This document shows, in pieces, positions 9,591 to 17,170 of a stretch of 32,000 bases of DNA. Positions within the stretch are counted from its first letter, which is position 1. Each line of letters starts with the position of its first letter. This stretch comes from an uncultured archaeon (lineage in GTDB: Archaea > Iainarchaeota > Iainarchaeia > Iainarchaeales > DATDZZ01), in the NCBI GenBank assembly GCA_964373795.1, contig CAYJVY010000008.1, forward strand, positions 32,908-64,907, in the 5' to 3' direction. The notes under the pieces were generated by a model. It saw only the letters and a program-made list of their open reading frames with translations. It was not told where the DNA came from and ran no database searches. The position numbers and the translations under genes were made by a program.

Positions 9591-10154
9591 ATGCCTGTAA
9601 AAGAAAGAGTTGAAAGAGGCGCTGAAAGAAGAGCAGTTAAAACAATTAAAAAAGGACATCTAAGAGTAAGTTCTCCTTTTGTGGTTGGCCAAACAAATCT
9701 TCGTGAATGTGCTAGAATTGCAAGAGAAATATTTAGTGATCCAAAAACTGATCTCGAAAGAAGCGTTGTTCAAAGCTTTGAAAGGCTTCCCCCTGGAAGA
9801 AAAAGGTTAATTGAATTTGAACTTAACAGTACAACTCCTTCAGGACTGGCAGCAGTTGAAAGAGAATTAGTTGCAAGAGACAAAGCAGTTATGGAAAGAT
9901 TAATTCCTGGAATTAGTCCTATTAAAAAGCAAAAAACTCCTTTAAGTGTTAAAGTAGCTGATAATGTTTTTTTCCAGTTAACTAAAAGAGCTTATTTTAC
10001 TATTAGAACTTTAATGCTTTCACCTCAACCTAATATGGCAAGATTAACTGGCTTTTTAGTAGAATTAATGTTAGAACGTGCTAGTAGTTTTTATAAATTA
10101 TCTAAAGCTACTTCTATTGCAAGACGACCTAGAACAGTAGGAAAAGCAGCTTAA
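9591..10154 (+). CDS. Hypothetical Arg-rich protein (unknown family)
   Basis: 187-aa ORF, preceded by the same AGTGATTAAATG start context as rpl44e. About 22 Arg, which exceeds Lys (hand count), unlike neighbouring proteins. No motif recognised. Confidence 0.5.
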   Translation: MPVKERVERGAERRAVKTIKKGHLRVSSPFVVGQTNLRECARIAREIFSDPKTDLERSVVQSFERLPPGRKRLIEFELNSTTPSGLAAVERELVARDKAVMERLIPGISPIKKQKTPLSVKVADNVFFQLTKRAYFTIRTLMLSPQPNMARLTGFLVELMLERASSFYKLSKATSIARRPRTVGKAA

Positions 10155-10193
10155 AACTCAACTTTTTAAAGTAAAACTCCTTATATAATTAAC

Positions 10194-11012
10194 ATGTCTC
10201 AAAGAAATTCAATATTGTTAATTATTAAACAAAATAATGGTTTAAGTTATAACGCTTTATTGAATAAAATTCAAGGAGATTATTCTTCAATTAATTCTGC
10301 TAGAGCAGCTCTCTCCAGAACCTTAAAAGACTTAATTTCTTTTGAATTAGCAAGAAAACAAGGAGACAATATTTTTATTACAGATAAAGCTCTTCCCCAA
10401 ATTAGTTCTGAAATGAGGTCAAAATTATTAGACAAACTAAACCTATTAATTTCTTCTAAAAACAATTTCCTGGAAATTGATTTAATTGTTCAATTACTTC
10501 AAACATTAATTGAAAGAGCAAAACAAGACAAAGATTTATTCAAAGCAGCCAATGCTGCTACAAATTTTTTCGTTTCAGATTTAATTGAAATTCATGAAAA
10601 AATTCAAAAACAATTAAAACACTTAGAATACATTGACAAAATTTTTCTAACACAAATTGATTCTTTAAAAGAACTAGACTTTGATTCACAAATTTTACTG
10701 GATTTAAATTCAACAACAAAAAATAAATTAAACGAGTTTTTTAAAAACCTTGAACAAACAGAATTAATTATCTCAGGAAATAACCCTGACTTTATTCATA
10801 AAATATCTCAATACTTTAATGTAAAAATTGAACGAAACACAATATTTATTGAAAAAAAATTATTTTTACAGGTTTTAGATTTATTTTACTCAAATCCAGC
10901 ACATATTTTAATCAAAATAACTTTAGATTTAAGAATATCAAAATTCACTTTAAGACTAACAAATAATAAAATGCAATTAATTGGGCCTGCAAAAGAATTA
11001 GAAAAAATTTAA
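10194..11012 (+). CDS. Hypothetical protein with probable N-terminal winged-helix DNA-binding domain
   Basis: 272-aa ORF. N-terminus ILLIIKQNNGLSYNALLNKIQG...ARAALSRTLKDLISFELARKQGD resembles a wHTH. The remainder is helical with no recognised motif. Confidence 0.5.
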   Translation: MSQRNSILLIIKQNNGLSYNALLNKIQGDYSSINSARAALSRTLKDLISFELARKQGDNIFITDKALPQISSEMRSKLLDKLNLLISSKNNFLEIDLIVQLLQTLIERAKQDKDLFKAANAATNFFVSDLIEIHEKIQKQLKHLEYIDKIFLTQIDSLKELDFDSQILLDLNSTTKNKLNEFFKNLEQTELIISGNNPDFIHKISQYFNVKIERNTIFIEKKLFLQVLDLFYSNPAHILIKITLDLRISKFTLRLTNNKMQLIGPAKELEKI

Positions 11013-11018
11013 ATTAAA

Positions 11019-11226
11019 GCGGAGATGGCGGAGTGGTTTAACGCGCTCGTCTCGAAAATGTCGTTCGCCGTTCAGCCGGCGAAGCTGAAGGCCGACGTCG
11101 GCCCTCGTGCTCGACGCACGAGACGTCGTAGCCGGCGAGGCTGAGTGTCAACCCATGCTGAAAAGAAAAAGTTTCGAGTTAACGAGTGTCTGAAAAGACG
11201 CGTAGGTTCAAATCCTGCTCTCCGCG
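11019..11226 (+). tRNA. tRNA-Ser (anticodon CGA) containing a ~124-nt intron at the canonical 37/38 position
   Basis: Hand fold. Acceptor GCGGAGA/TCTCCGC plus discriminator G. 3-bp D stem GCG/CGC with AGTGGTTTAA loop. Anticodon stem CTCGT/ACGAG, loop CTCGAA|A. Long variable arm TGTCTGAAAAGACGC. T arm GTAGG-TTCAAAT-CCTGC. Confidence 0.8.
11057..11180 (+). other. tRNA intron: GC-rich, highly structured, internally repetitive
   Basis: Lies between anticodon-loop position 37 and position 38. Boundaries are ambiguous by 1-2 nt because of flanking A residues. The 3' end TTTCGAG (11172-11178) is complementary to anticodon loop CTCGAAA (11051-11057). The core is about two-thirds G+C by hand count. 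Confidence 0.7.
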
Positions 11227-11231
11227 TAAAT

Positions 11232-12320
11232 TCATTTAAATTTATTTAATTCAATTCTTTTAAGTAATTCTTTTTCTTCAATTACTCCAATAAATTTTTT
11301 TCCACTAAAAACAGGTAAAACCTCTGTGTTTTCTTTAATTAATTTTTCCATTGCCTTATCCGCAGTTAAATTTATTTGAATAACTGGCAATGCCTTTGCA
11401 ATTTTAATCGCTTTAATTTTACTCCATTTTTCTTTCTTCAATTCATGTAACAAATCTAATTCAAGCAAAAAAATTTTCCCCTGTTTCTCCATTAATGCAC
11501 TTAACTTATTTTTTTCCTGAAATTTTTCAAATGCATTTTTAACAGTAATATTGCTATTTAAAAAAAACGGTTTTTTGTTAATCAAATGTGTTATCTTAAT
11601 TCCTTGCAGGCTTTCTTTCATTATTACTATTTTGTCTTCTCCTGTTGCTCCAAGAAAAACAAACACTGCAATAATGATTAAAATAATGTTTCCAATAGCA
11701 TAACCAATCAACCCCAATATTATTACAAAAAATAAACTAATCTTTGTAGAAATATGAGTAGCTCTATTAAATCCAATTAAACTACTCAAAATTGATCTCA
11801 ATACTCTTCCGCCATCCAATGGCAAAGCCGGAACAAATAAATTAAATGCTCCAAGCATTAAATTCACATATAAAAGTGCAAACAATGGATAATTTAAAAC
11901 AGCATTTGAAAAATCTTTCACACTCAATATTTGTTCTCTAGATGGAAAAGGAATTTCAGGAAAAACAACTACAATGATTGAAATCCCTAAAACAATTGCA
12001 AAATTAAATAATGGTCCTGCAATTGAAATCAAAAATTCATGTAACGCTTTTTTAGGCATTTCTTTTGCAACAGATATTCCTCCAATTGGAAGCAAAATTA
12101 TTTTCTCAACCCTTATTCCAAGAAAAACAGAAACAATTGAATGGCACAATTCATGAATAAAAACAGATGCAAATAAAAAAACCAATAATAACATGTAAGA
12201 AAAAAAATTCCTTGTTTCAATTAATGCAATCAAAACAGTCATAAAAACAATTAACAAAATAAACGTATAATGCAACTCTAAACTAATTCCAAAAAATTTT
12301 CCAAACCTAATACTATTCAA
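11232..12320 (-). CDS. M50-family site-2 intramembrane metalloprotease with C-terminal CBS-domain pair
   Basis: 362-aa ORF. HELCHSIV (HExxH) in a TM helix. The second M50 motif, NLFVPALPLDGGRVL. Multiple TM segments. C-terminal ~120 aa has a CBS-like pattern (VLPVFSGKKFIGVIEEKELL). Confidence 0.85.
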   Translation of the reverse strand: MNSIRFGKFFGISLELHYTFILLIVFMTVLIALIETRNFFSYMLLLVFLFASVFIHELCHSIVSVFLGIRVEKIILLPIGGISVAKEMPKKALHEFLISIAGPLFNFAIVLGISIIVVVFPEIPFPSREQILSVKDFSNAVLNYPLFALLYVNLMLGAFNLFVPALPLDGGRVLRSILSSLIGFNRATHISTKISLFFVIILGLIGYAIGNIILIIIAVFVFLGATGEDKIVIMKESLQGIKITHLINKKPFFLNSNITVKNAFEKFQEKNKLSALMEKQGKIFLLELDLLHELKKEKWSKIKAIKIAKALPVIQINLTADKAMEKLIKENTEVLPVFSGKKFIGVIEEKELLKRIELNKFK

Positions 12321-12332
12321 ATTAATTCACAC

Positions 12333-12974
12333 TCATTTCTTCACTATAAATACCTGTAATATTTCTTTAATTTCTTCTTCATTAAAACCTGACTTCAACA
12401 ACAATTCAATGCATTTATCAAAAGAATTCCCTTTATGCAACTCAAACCGCATTATTTTTTGTGCTTCCCTTATTTCCTGATTTAACTTATTTATTTTCAA
12501 GTCCTTACTAACTATTATAACTCGTCGTTCGCCAATCGCCTCACGAGGCTGGCTTGACATTTTCTGTGACTGAATTAACACTTGAACAGGCTTTTTTAAA
12601 TTAGAAGTTGAAGCCGTTTTTTCTAAACTCTGTTTTAAAGTTTCCAATTTATTCAATGAATTTTTAACTTGTCCAGTTTGCTCTATTGAACTAGTTTGAA
12701 CATCAACATTTTTGTTTTCAGCATTATCCATTGAAATAATTTCTTTTTTTTCTTGTAGCATTGTTTGAGGCTTAATTTCTTGAAGAAATTTTTTTACTAA
12801 TTCTTCTTTTTTCATTAATTGTTGTGCTTTTGTAAAAATTTGTTGAATTTGTTCTAAAGTAAATCCTTTTAATACAAGCATTTTTTTTATTTCTTCACTT
12901 GACTCATTTTTTTTTAATTTTTCTGCAACTGTTTGTGCATTAGAGTTTAAAATTGATTCAGTTAAATCAGTCAT
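12333..12974 (-). CDS. Hypothetical protein with UBA-like three-helix motifs at both termini and a disordered centre
   Basis: 213-aa ORF, 12 nt upstream of the S2P gene. N-terminal EEIKKMLVLKGFTLEQIQQIFTKA and C-terminal FDKCIELLLKSGFNEEEIKEILQVF share the pattern L-x3-G-[FY]-x4-I-x2-I. The centre is Q/S/K-rich low complexity. Confidence 0.55.
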   Translation of the reverse strand: MTDLTESILNSNAQTVAEKLKKNESSEEIKKMLVLKGFTLEQIQQIFTKAQQLMKKEELVKKFLQEIKPQTMLQEKKEIISMDNAENKNVDVQTSSIEQTGQVKNSLNKLETLKQSLEKTASTSNLKKPVQVLIQSQKMSSQPREAIGERRVIIVSKDLKINKLNQEIREAQKIMRFELHKGNSFDKCIELLLKSGFNEEEIKEILQVFIVKK

Positions 12975-12985
12975 TTTTAATTCCT

Positions 12986-13273
12986 TTAATTTGTTATTGC
13001 TTCAATAAATTTTTCAGCAATTTTTCTTGCTTCATTGCTTTTTTTAGTGTTTTTTACCATTATTTTTCCGCTTTTAAAAAAACTAATACTTGTTCCATCT
13101 ATTTGAGTTACAATTAAAAAAGGAGTATTAATTTCTATAAAAATTTTTTTTTCTTCCAATTTTTCTCCAATTGCACTTAAATCAATTAAATATTTTTTTT
13201 TTGGAATAAATTCATATGCTAGTTTTGATTTACATGGCTGGCCTATAAAATTGCTTAACTCTATTTTTTCCAT
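12986..13273 (-). CDS. Small hypothetical protein (95 aa), possible TBP-like / ThiF-C-terminal-like alpha-beta domain
   Basis: ORF packed between the HerA-like gene (19-nt gap) and the 213-aa ORF (11-nt gap). The motif ISFFKSGKIMVKNTKKSNEARKIAEKFIEAI resembles the F-x-SGK-[IV]-x-[IV]-x-G...A pattern of TBP-fold domains. This is a weak, memory-based similarity. Confidence 0.45.
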   Translation of the reverse strand: MEKIELSNFIGQPCKSKLAYEFIPKKKYLIDLSAIGEKLEEKKIFIEINTPFLIVTQIDGTSISFFKSGKIMVKNTKKSNEARKIAEKFIEAITN

Positions 13274-13292
13274 ATTTTTTTCACAAAACTAA

Positions 13293-16200
13293 TTATTTTA
13301 TTCTTTGCCCTGTTAACGCGTCAACTATAACTATTTTTTCAACTCCGTTGTTGTTTAGTTTTACATGATATAATGGCCAGTAAACTTCTGAAACTTTTCT
13401 TACTAAGACGTTTGGCCATAGCAAGTGAAGCAGGTTTGGAATCTCTTCTCTTAAATAATTTTCTTTTTCTCTTGCTAAAGAATTTACTTGAACAAAAGGA
13501 AGTTCTTTTAATGATTCGATTAATTCTGTTCTTGGATGTGGAGGAATATCTATTTCTGATTTTAATCCGTAAAGCATTCCAGTGTTTTCTTTAACTGCTT
13601 GTTCTACAATGTTTTTAGAAGTTAATTTATCTAATAGCTTTCTAACTTCTTCTTCTTGAAGACCTGTTGGCAAACTAATTTCTTTTAATGTTTTTTTCTT
13701 TTTCTCTAAATTGCGTAAAACTTTTACTTCTTCTTGACTTAACTCTTTTAATTTTGCTAATCCTCTTGATTCAACAAATTTTCCATCTTTAAAGTGAAGG
13801 AATTCCCCATTAACTGAGTCAATGAATGCATCTTTTGTTATGAATTCTTTTCTTTTATTGAATGCTTCATAACTTATTTTCCAAATATTTCTATACTTTA
13901 ACTGAATTGATTGAATTAACTCTTCTTCTCCAAGAATTCCTAAAATTTTTTTCTTTCTAATCCCGTGAATAATTTTTAACGCGTTTTCTTCGTTTATTCT
14001 AATCGGAAAAGCAAGTAACTCTGTTTGCTCTGTAAAACCTTCTTCTGTTGGCTCAATTGGTTTATCCTCTATTAATTTTTCTTCTTCAATTATCTTTCCT
14101 GTTTCCTCTTTTTCTTCTACTTTTACTGAATTTGTTTCAACTATTAATCCTTTTTTTACTAGCTCTGAATAAATGTCTTCTGGTTTTACATGCGAATTAT
14201 ATTTTTCATTTAATGATTCAATTAACTTATTTAATTCTTTTTTTTCCGCTTGTTTTTCTCTTTTAATTTTTTTTGCTACTAATTCAATAATTATTTGTTT
14301 TGCTTGCTCTTCTGTTACAAGGTAACTCATTTGACTTGTTTCAGCATCTCTTCCTTCATGTTGAGACATTCTTGGGCGAACTTTCATAATGAATGCTCTA
14401 GAGGTTTCCTCACTTCTATCTCCAGTTAATCCTACTCCTACTGGCAAGGTTTTAATAAAATTGCTTTTCTTGTATTTTTCTGGAATAATTGTTGGAGTTC
14501 TCTTGAAAACAGCTTTAATATCGTCATCGAATACAAGTTTGTGTGAAACAATTACATCTATTTGACTTAAAACTCTTGAATCAATTGCTGAAGGCTGTTG
14601 AGTTGCAAACACTAAAGAACATCCAGGCCTTCTCCCTTGTTTAACGTATTCAACTAATGAATTTGTTGCAGGAGTTTTAATGTTTCCTGAAGGAATTAAT
14701 GTATGCGCTTCATCAATGAACAACCAAGTAGGAGGAATATCTAATTCAAGCAATTTTTCTACTTCAATTGTTTTCATTCTTTGAACTGCTTCTTTTCTTG
14801 TTAAAATTTTTCTTGCAGCTAGAATTCTTCTACTCAAAACCCCTAAAACTAATGCTGTTACAGTGTCATCTAAAAAACTTGAATCAATTATTGTTAACTG
14901 GTTTTCCTTGCTTAACTCTGTTAAAGGAGTTCCTTTTTCTGAAAAAATTCCCCAATGTTTTGCGCTTTCAAATCTTGAAATTAATGCCCTAATTGAATCC
15001 TGTTTGAATCCTTTTTCTCTTGAATTAATGTCTGAATCATTTTCCATGCAAAAAGTAATATCACTTAATGAATAATTTTTTCCTTTTGCTTTAATTGTTT
15101 GCCCTTCAACTGTTTTAAATCCTTCACTGATTTTTTTCAAAGTCCTATCAATTAGCAAGCCTGTAGGACTAAACCTGTCAATTCCAAAAGTTAAACACCA
15201 ATCCTCTCCAGTTAAAAGAGATGGCTGAATTGCAAAAGTTGAATCAAATGTTTCCTTTGGAACTTCATTTTTAATTCCTTCAGGAATAAATACTTTCACG
15301 TTTTTTAATCCTTGAGGCAGTAAATCCCATTCACTCAACAATTTAATTTCTTTTTCTTCCTTGTTTGGATACTTCATGCTCCAAAAAACTCCAATCGGAT
15401 CAACCACAATTATTCCAACATTTTTATTCTTCAATGCAAGTTCTTCAGCCATTACTCCTAAAATGTAAGACTTTCCGCTTCCTCTTGCTCCGCAAACAAA
15501 GCATACATGAGGATTTAATGAATCCAAAAAAACACTTTTATTCAAATACTCTTTTTCTTGAACTTTTCCAACAAAAAGAGTTCCTTCAAATCCATATTTT
15601 TGATAATTAGCTTTTTTTCGCCCAATAAATACGCTGCCACTTTTCTTATCCTCTAAAAAAGTTAAAGGCACTCCACTAAGAGTTAAAGGTTTAGCCTTAA
15701 AAGACTCATTTAATGCTTTCTCCATTATTTCTTTTTTCACTTCCTCTCTATCAATTTCCTCCCCTAAATCTATTCCCTCTACTCGTTCCGCGTCTTCACT
15801 TTCATTTAATTCATTTCCTTCTTCCATGCTTTCTTCTTGTTCTCCTTCCACTGCTTCTTGTTCTAATTCTTTTTCCTCTGCTTCACTTAACTCTTTTTCT
15901 TTTTCAAATTCTTTTACTGCTTGTTTTTCTAATTGAATTGCTTTTTTCATTATTTGATTAATTGTGTTTTCATTATACCCTGAATTTTTTAATTCCTCTA
16001 TGCATTCCTCTTCCTCTAAACCAATTTTTTTATAGTCAAGAATTAGTTTTGCTGCTTCTAGCACTTCTTCTTCAGGAATTTTTTCTTCTTCTTCCTCGCT
16101 TTCAGAAAATTCTTCTTCTATTTCTCTTTCAGTTTTTTCCTCTTCATTAATTTTCTCTGCTTTTGGATGTTTTGGATCCTCGCCAATTAACTCATCAAAT

Positions 16201-16448
16201 ACATCTTTTTCTTCCCCTGATTTAATTTTTTCCACTACAATTTCCTCTTCTTTTTCTTGTACTGCATTGCTTTTCTCTTTAAGCAAGAAATCCTTCCACT
16301 CCAGTAATTCCTCTACAGAGTATTCACTTAATTCTTCTTCTTTTAATTCTTTAAATGAAGGAAAAACTCCTTTTTTCAAGTAACTATATTTGATTTCTTT
16401 TTGCAATCCCAGTATTTCTTTCACTAAAAATTGATTTTCTTCACCCAT
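13293..16448 (-). CDS. Giant HerA/FtsK-superfamily (DUF87-type) P-loop ATPase with acidic N-terminal extension and wHTH/PepSY-like C-terminal extension
   Basis: 1051-aa ORF. Walker A VCFVCGARGSGKSY, Walker B WLFIDEAHTLIP, and GRRPGCSLVFATQQPSAIDSRVLSQIDVIVSHKL, typical of HerA-like ATPases. The N-terminal ~250 aa are rich in Glu runs and include EEECIEELKNSGYNENTINQIMKKA. The C-terminus has KTLKEISLPTGLQEEEVRKLLDKLTSKNIV (wHTH-like) and ends YWPLYHVKLNNNGVEKIVIVDALTGQRIK. Confidence 0.8.
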   Translation of the reverse strand: MGEENQFLVKEILGLQKEIKYSYLKKGVFPSFKELKEEELSEYSVEELLEWKDFLLKEKSNAVQEKEEEIVVEKIKSGEEKDVFDELIGEDPKHPKAEKINEEEKTEREIEEEFSESEEEEEKIPEEEVLEAAKLILDYKKIGLEEEECIEELKNSGYNENTINQIMKKAIQLEKQAVKEFEKEKELSEAEEKELEQEAVEGEQEESMEEGNELNESEDAERVEGIDLGEEIDREEVKKEIMEKALNESFKAKPLTLSGVPLTFLEDKKSGSVFIGRKKANYQKYGFEGTLFVGKVQEKEYLNKSVFLDSLNPHVCFVCGARGSGKSYILGVMAEELALKNKNVGIIVVDPIGVFWSMKYPNKEEKEIKLLSEWDLLPQGLKNVKVFIPEGIKNEVPKETFDSTFAIQPSLLTGEDWCLTFGIDRFSPTGLLIDRTLKKISEGFKTVEGQTIKAKGKNYSLSDITFCMENDSDINSREKGFKQDSIRALISRFESAKHWGIFSEKGTPLTELSKENQLTIIDSSFLDDTVTALVLGVLSRRILAARKILTRKEAVQRMKTIEVEKLLELDIPPTWLFIDEAHTLIPSGNIKTPATNSLVEYVKQGRRPGCSLVFATQQPSAIDSRVLSQIDVIVSHKLVFDDDIKAVFKRTPTIIPEKYKKSNFIKTLPVGVGLTGDRSEETSRAFIMKVRPRMSQHEGRDAETSQMSYLVTEEQAKQIIIELVAKKIKREKQAEKKELNKLIESLNEKYNSHVKPEDIYSELVKKGLIVETNSVKVEEKEETGKIIEEEKLIEDKPIEPTEEGFTEQTELLAFPIRINEENALKIIHGIRKKKILGILGEEELIQSIQLKYRNIWKISYEAFNKRKEFITKDAFIDSVNGEFLHFKDGKFVESRGLAKLKELSQEEVKVLRNLEKKKKTLKEISLPTGLQEEEVRKLLDKLTSKNIVEQAVKENTGMLYGLKSEIDIPPHPRTELIESLKELPFVQVNSLAREKENYLREEIPNLLHLLWPNVLVRKVSEVYWPLYHVKLNNNGVEKIVIVDALTGQRIK

Positions 16449-17086
16449 TTACTTTCCCCTTGTCAAGTCCGGCGTGTATGACTCAAGCATATACAAACCA
16501 ATGCGTTGTTCGCGAAACATTTTGCAAGCACTTTAATTTAATTCTTCAAACCCGCTTTAAGGTCTTTTTATTAAAATTACTGGTAAACTTATATTAAAAC
16601 CATTCTTTTCACTAGTTTTAATGAGTTTTTCTAGTCAAATATTAAAAAACGTGGCTTAAAAATTTTTAAAAAATTAGTTTTTGATGTACATGGATTAAAT
16701 TTTTTTGATTTTTTTTTCTAAAAATAATTTTATGTATCAATTCGACAAAGTATTTTTAAATTCATTTGTGTATAAAAGTAATTCAGTATTGGGAGTTAAG
16801 GAGATGAGTTATACTGCTTTGCAGATCCCTGACTTATCTCCGTTATCTTTTTCTAATTCTTTAATCAATTTTTTCTTCAACATTTTTCCAGTTTTTTTCC
16901 CTACTTTTTTGCTTTGAATACAATTTTAAAGATGACTATTTCCTATTTTTACAGTTCTCGCCCACTAAACAGTAACAGCCAATTTTTTTTGTGGTCGTTG
17001 ACACAAAATTTTTCTTCAATCATTTGAAAATTTTTTTTGCAAAAAATATTTCTTTTCCAAGGTTTTCTTTTTTAAAGAAAAGCTTT

Positions 17087-17170
17087 GCAGCGGTGGCAGA
17101 GTGGTCTAATGCGCTGGCCTTGAGAGCCAGTATCCGCAAGGATGCGCGAGTTCGAATCTCGTCCGCTGCG
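17087..17170 (+). tRNA. tRNA-Ser (anticodon UGA)
   Basis: Hand fold. Acceptor GCAGCGG/CCGCTGC plus G. D arm GCA-G-AGTGGTCTAA-TGC. Anticodon stem CTGGC/GCCAG with loop CTTGAGA. Long variable arm. T arm GCGAG-TTCGAAT-CTCGT. Confidence 0.85.

Noticed and set aside
11057-11180. tRNA-Ser intron considered as a C/D-box sRNA (as in some archaeal tRNA-Trp introns)
   Set aside because: Three CTGA (D-box-like) tetramers are present, but I find no RUGAUGA C box or proper C/D and C'/D' spacing, so the assignment is unsupported.
13373-16150. Plus-strand ORFs inside the HerA-like gene (13373-13594, 14048-14266, 14768-15075, 15365-15610, 15713-16150)
   Set aside because: Same antisense low-complexity artefact (L/F-rich). 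The minus-strand frame carries clear Walker A/B motifs.
5246-16448. SMC-like protein plus HerA-like ATPase considered as a dispersed Rad50/HerA DNA-end-resection module
   Set aside because: The genes are 5 kb apart with unrelated genes and a strand switch between them. No Mre11 or NurA is present. The head motifs of the 989-aa protein look SMC-like rather than Rad50-like.
16705-16917. 70-aa plus-strand ORF in the long intergenic region
   Set aside because: It has a TTG start, an F/N/S-rich low-complexity sequence and no motif. Only the internal ATG-initiated 37-codon part with an SD is retained, as a low-confidence note in the findings.
17067-17086. Short T/A hairpins just upstream of the tRNA-Ser genes (e.g. 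TTTTCTTT/AAAGAAAA at about 17067-17085, and GTGTTTTCT-GAAA-AGAAAACAC at 23427-23448), considered as specific regulatory elements
   Set aside because: Homopurine/homopyrimidine low-complexity sequence is abundant here and forms such stems by chance. Only the post-tRNA hairpins, conserved in position between the two copies, are reported.
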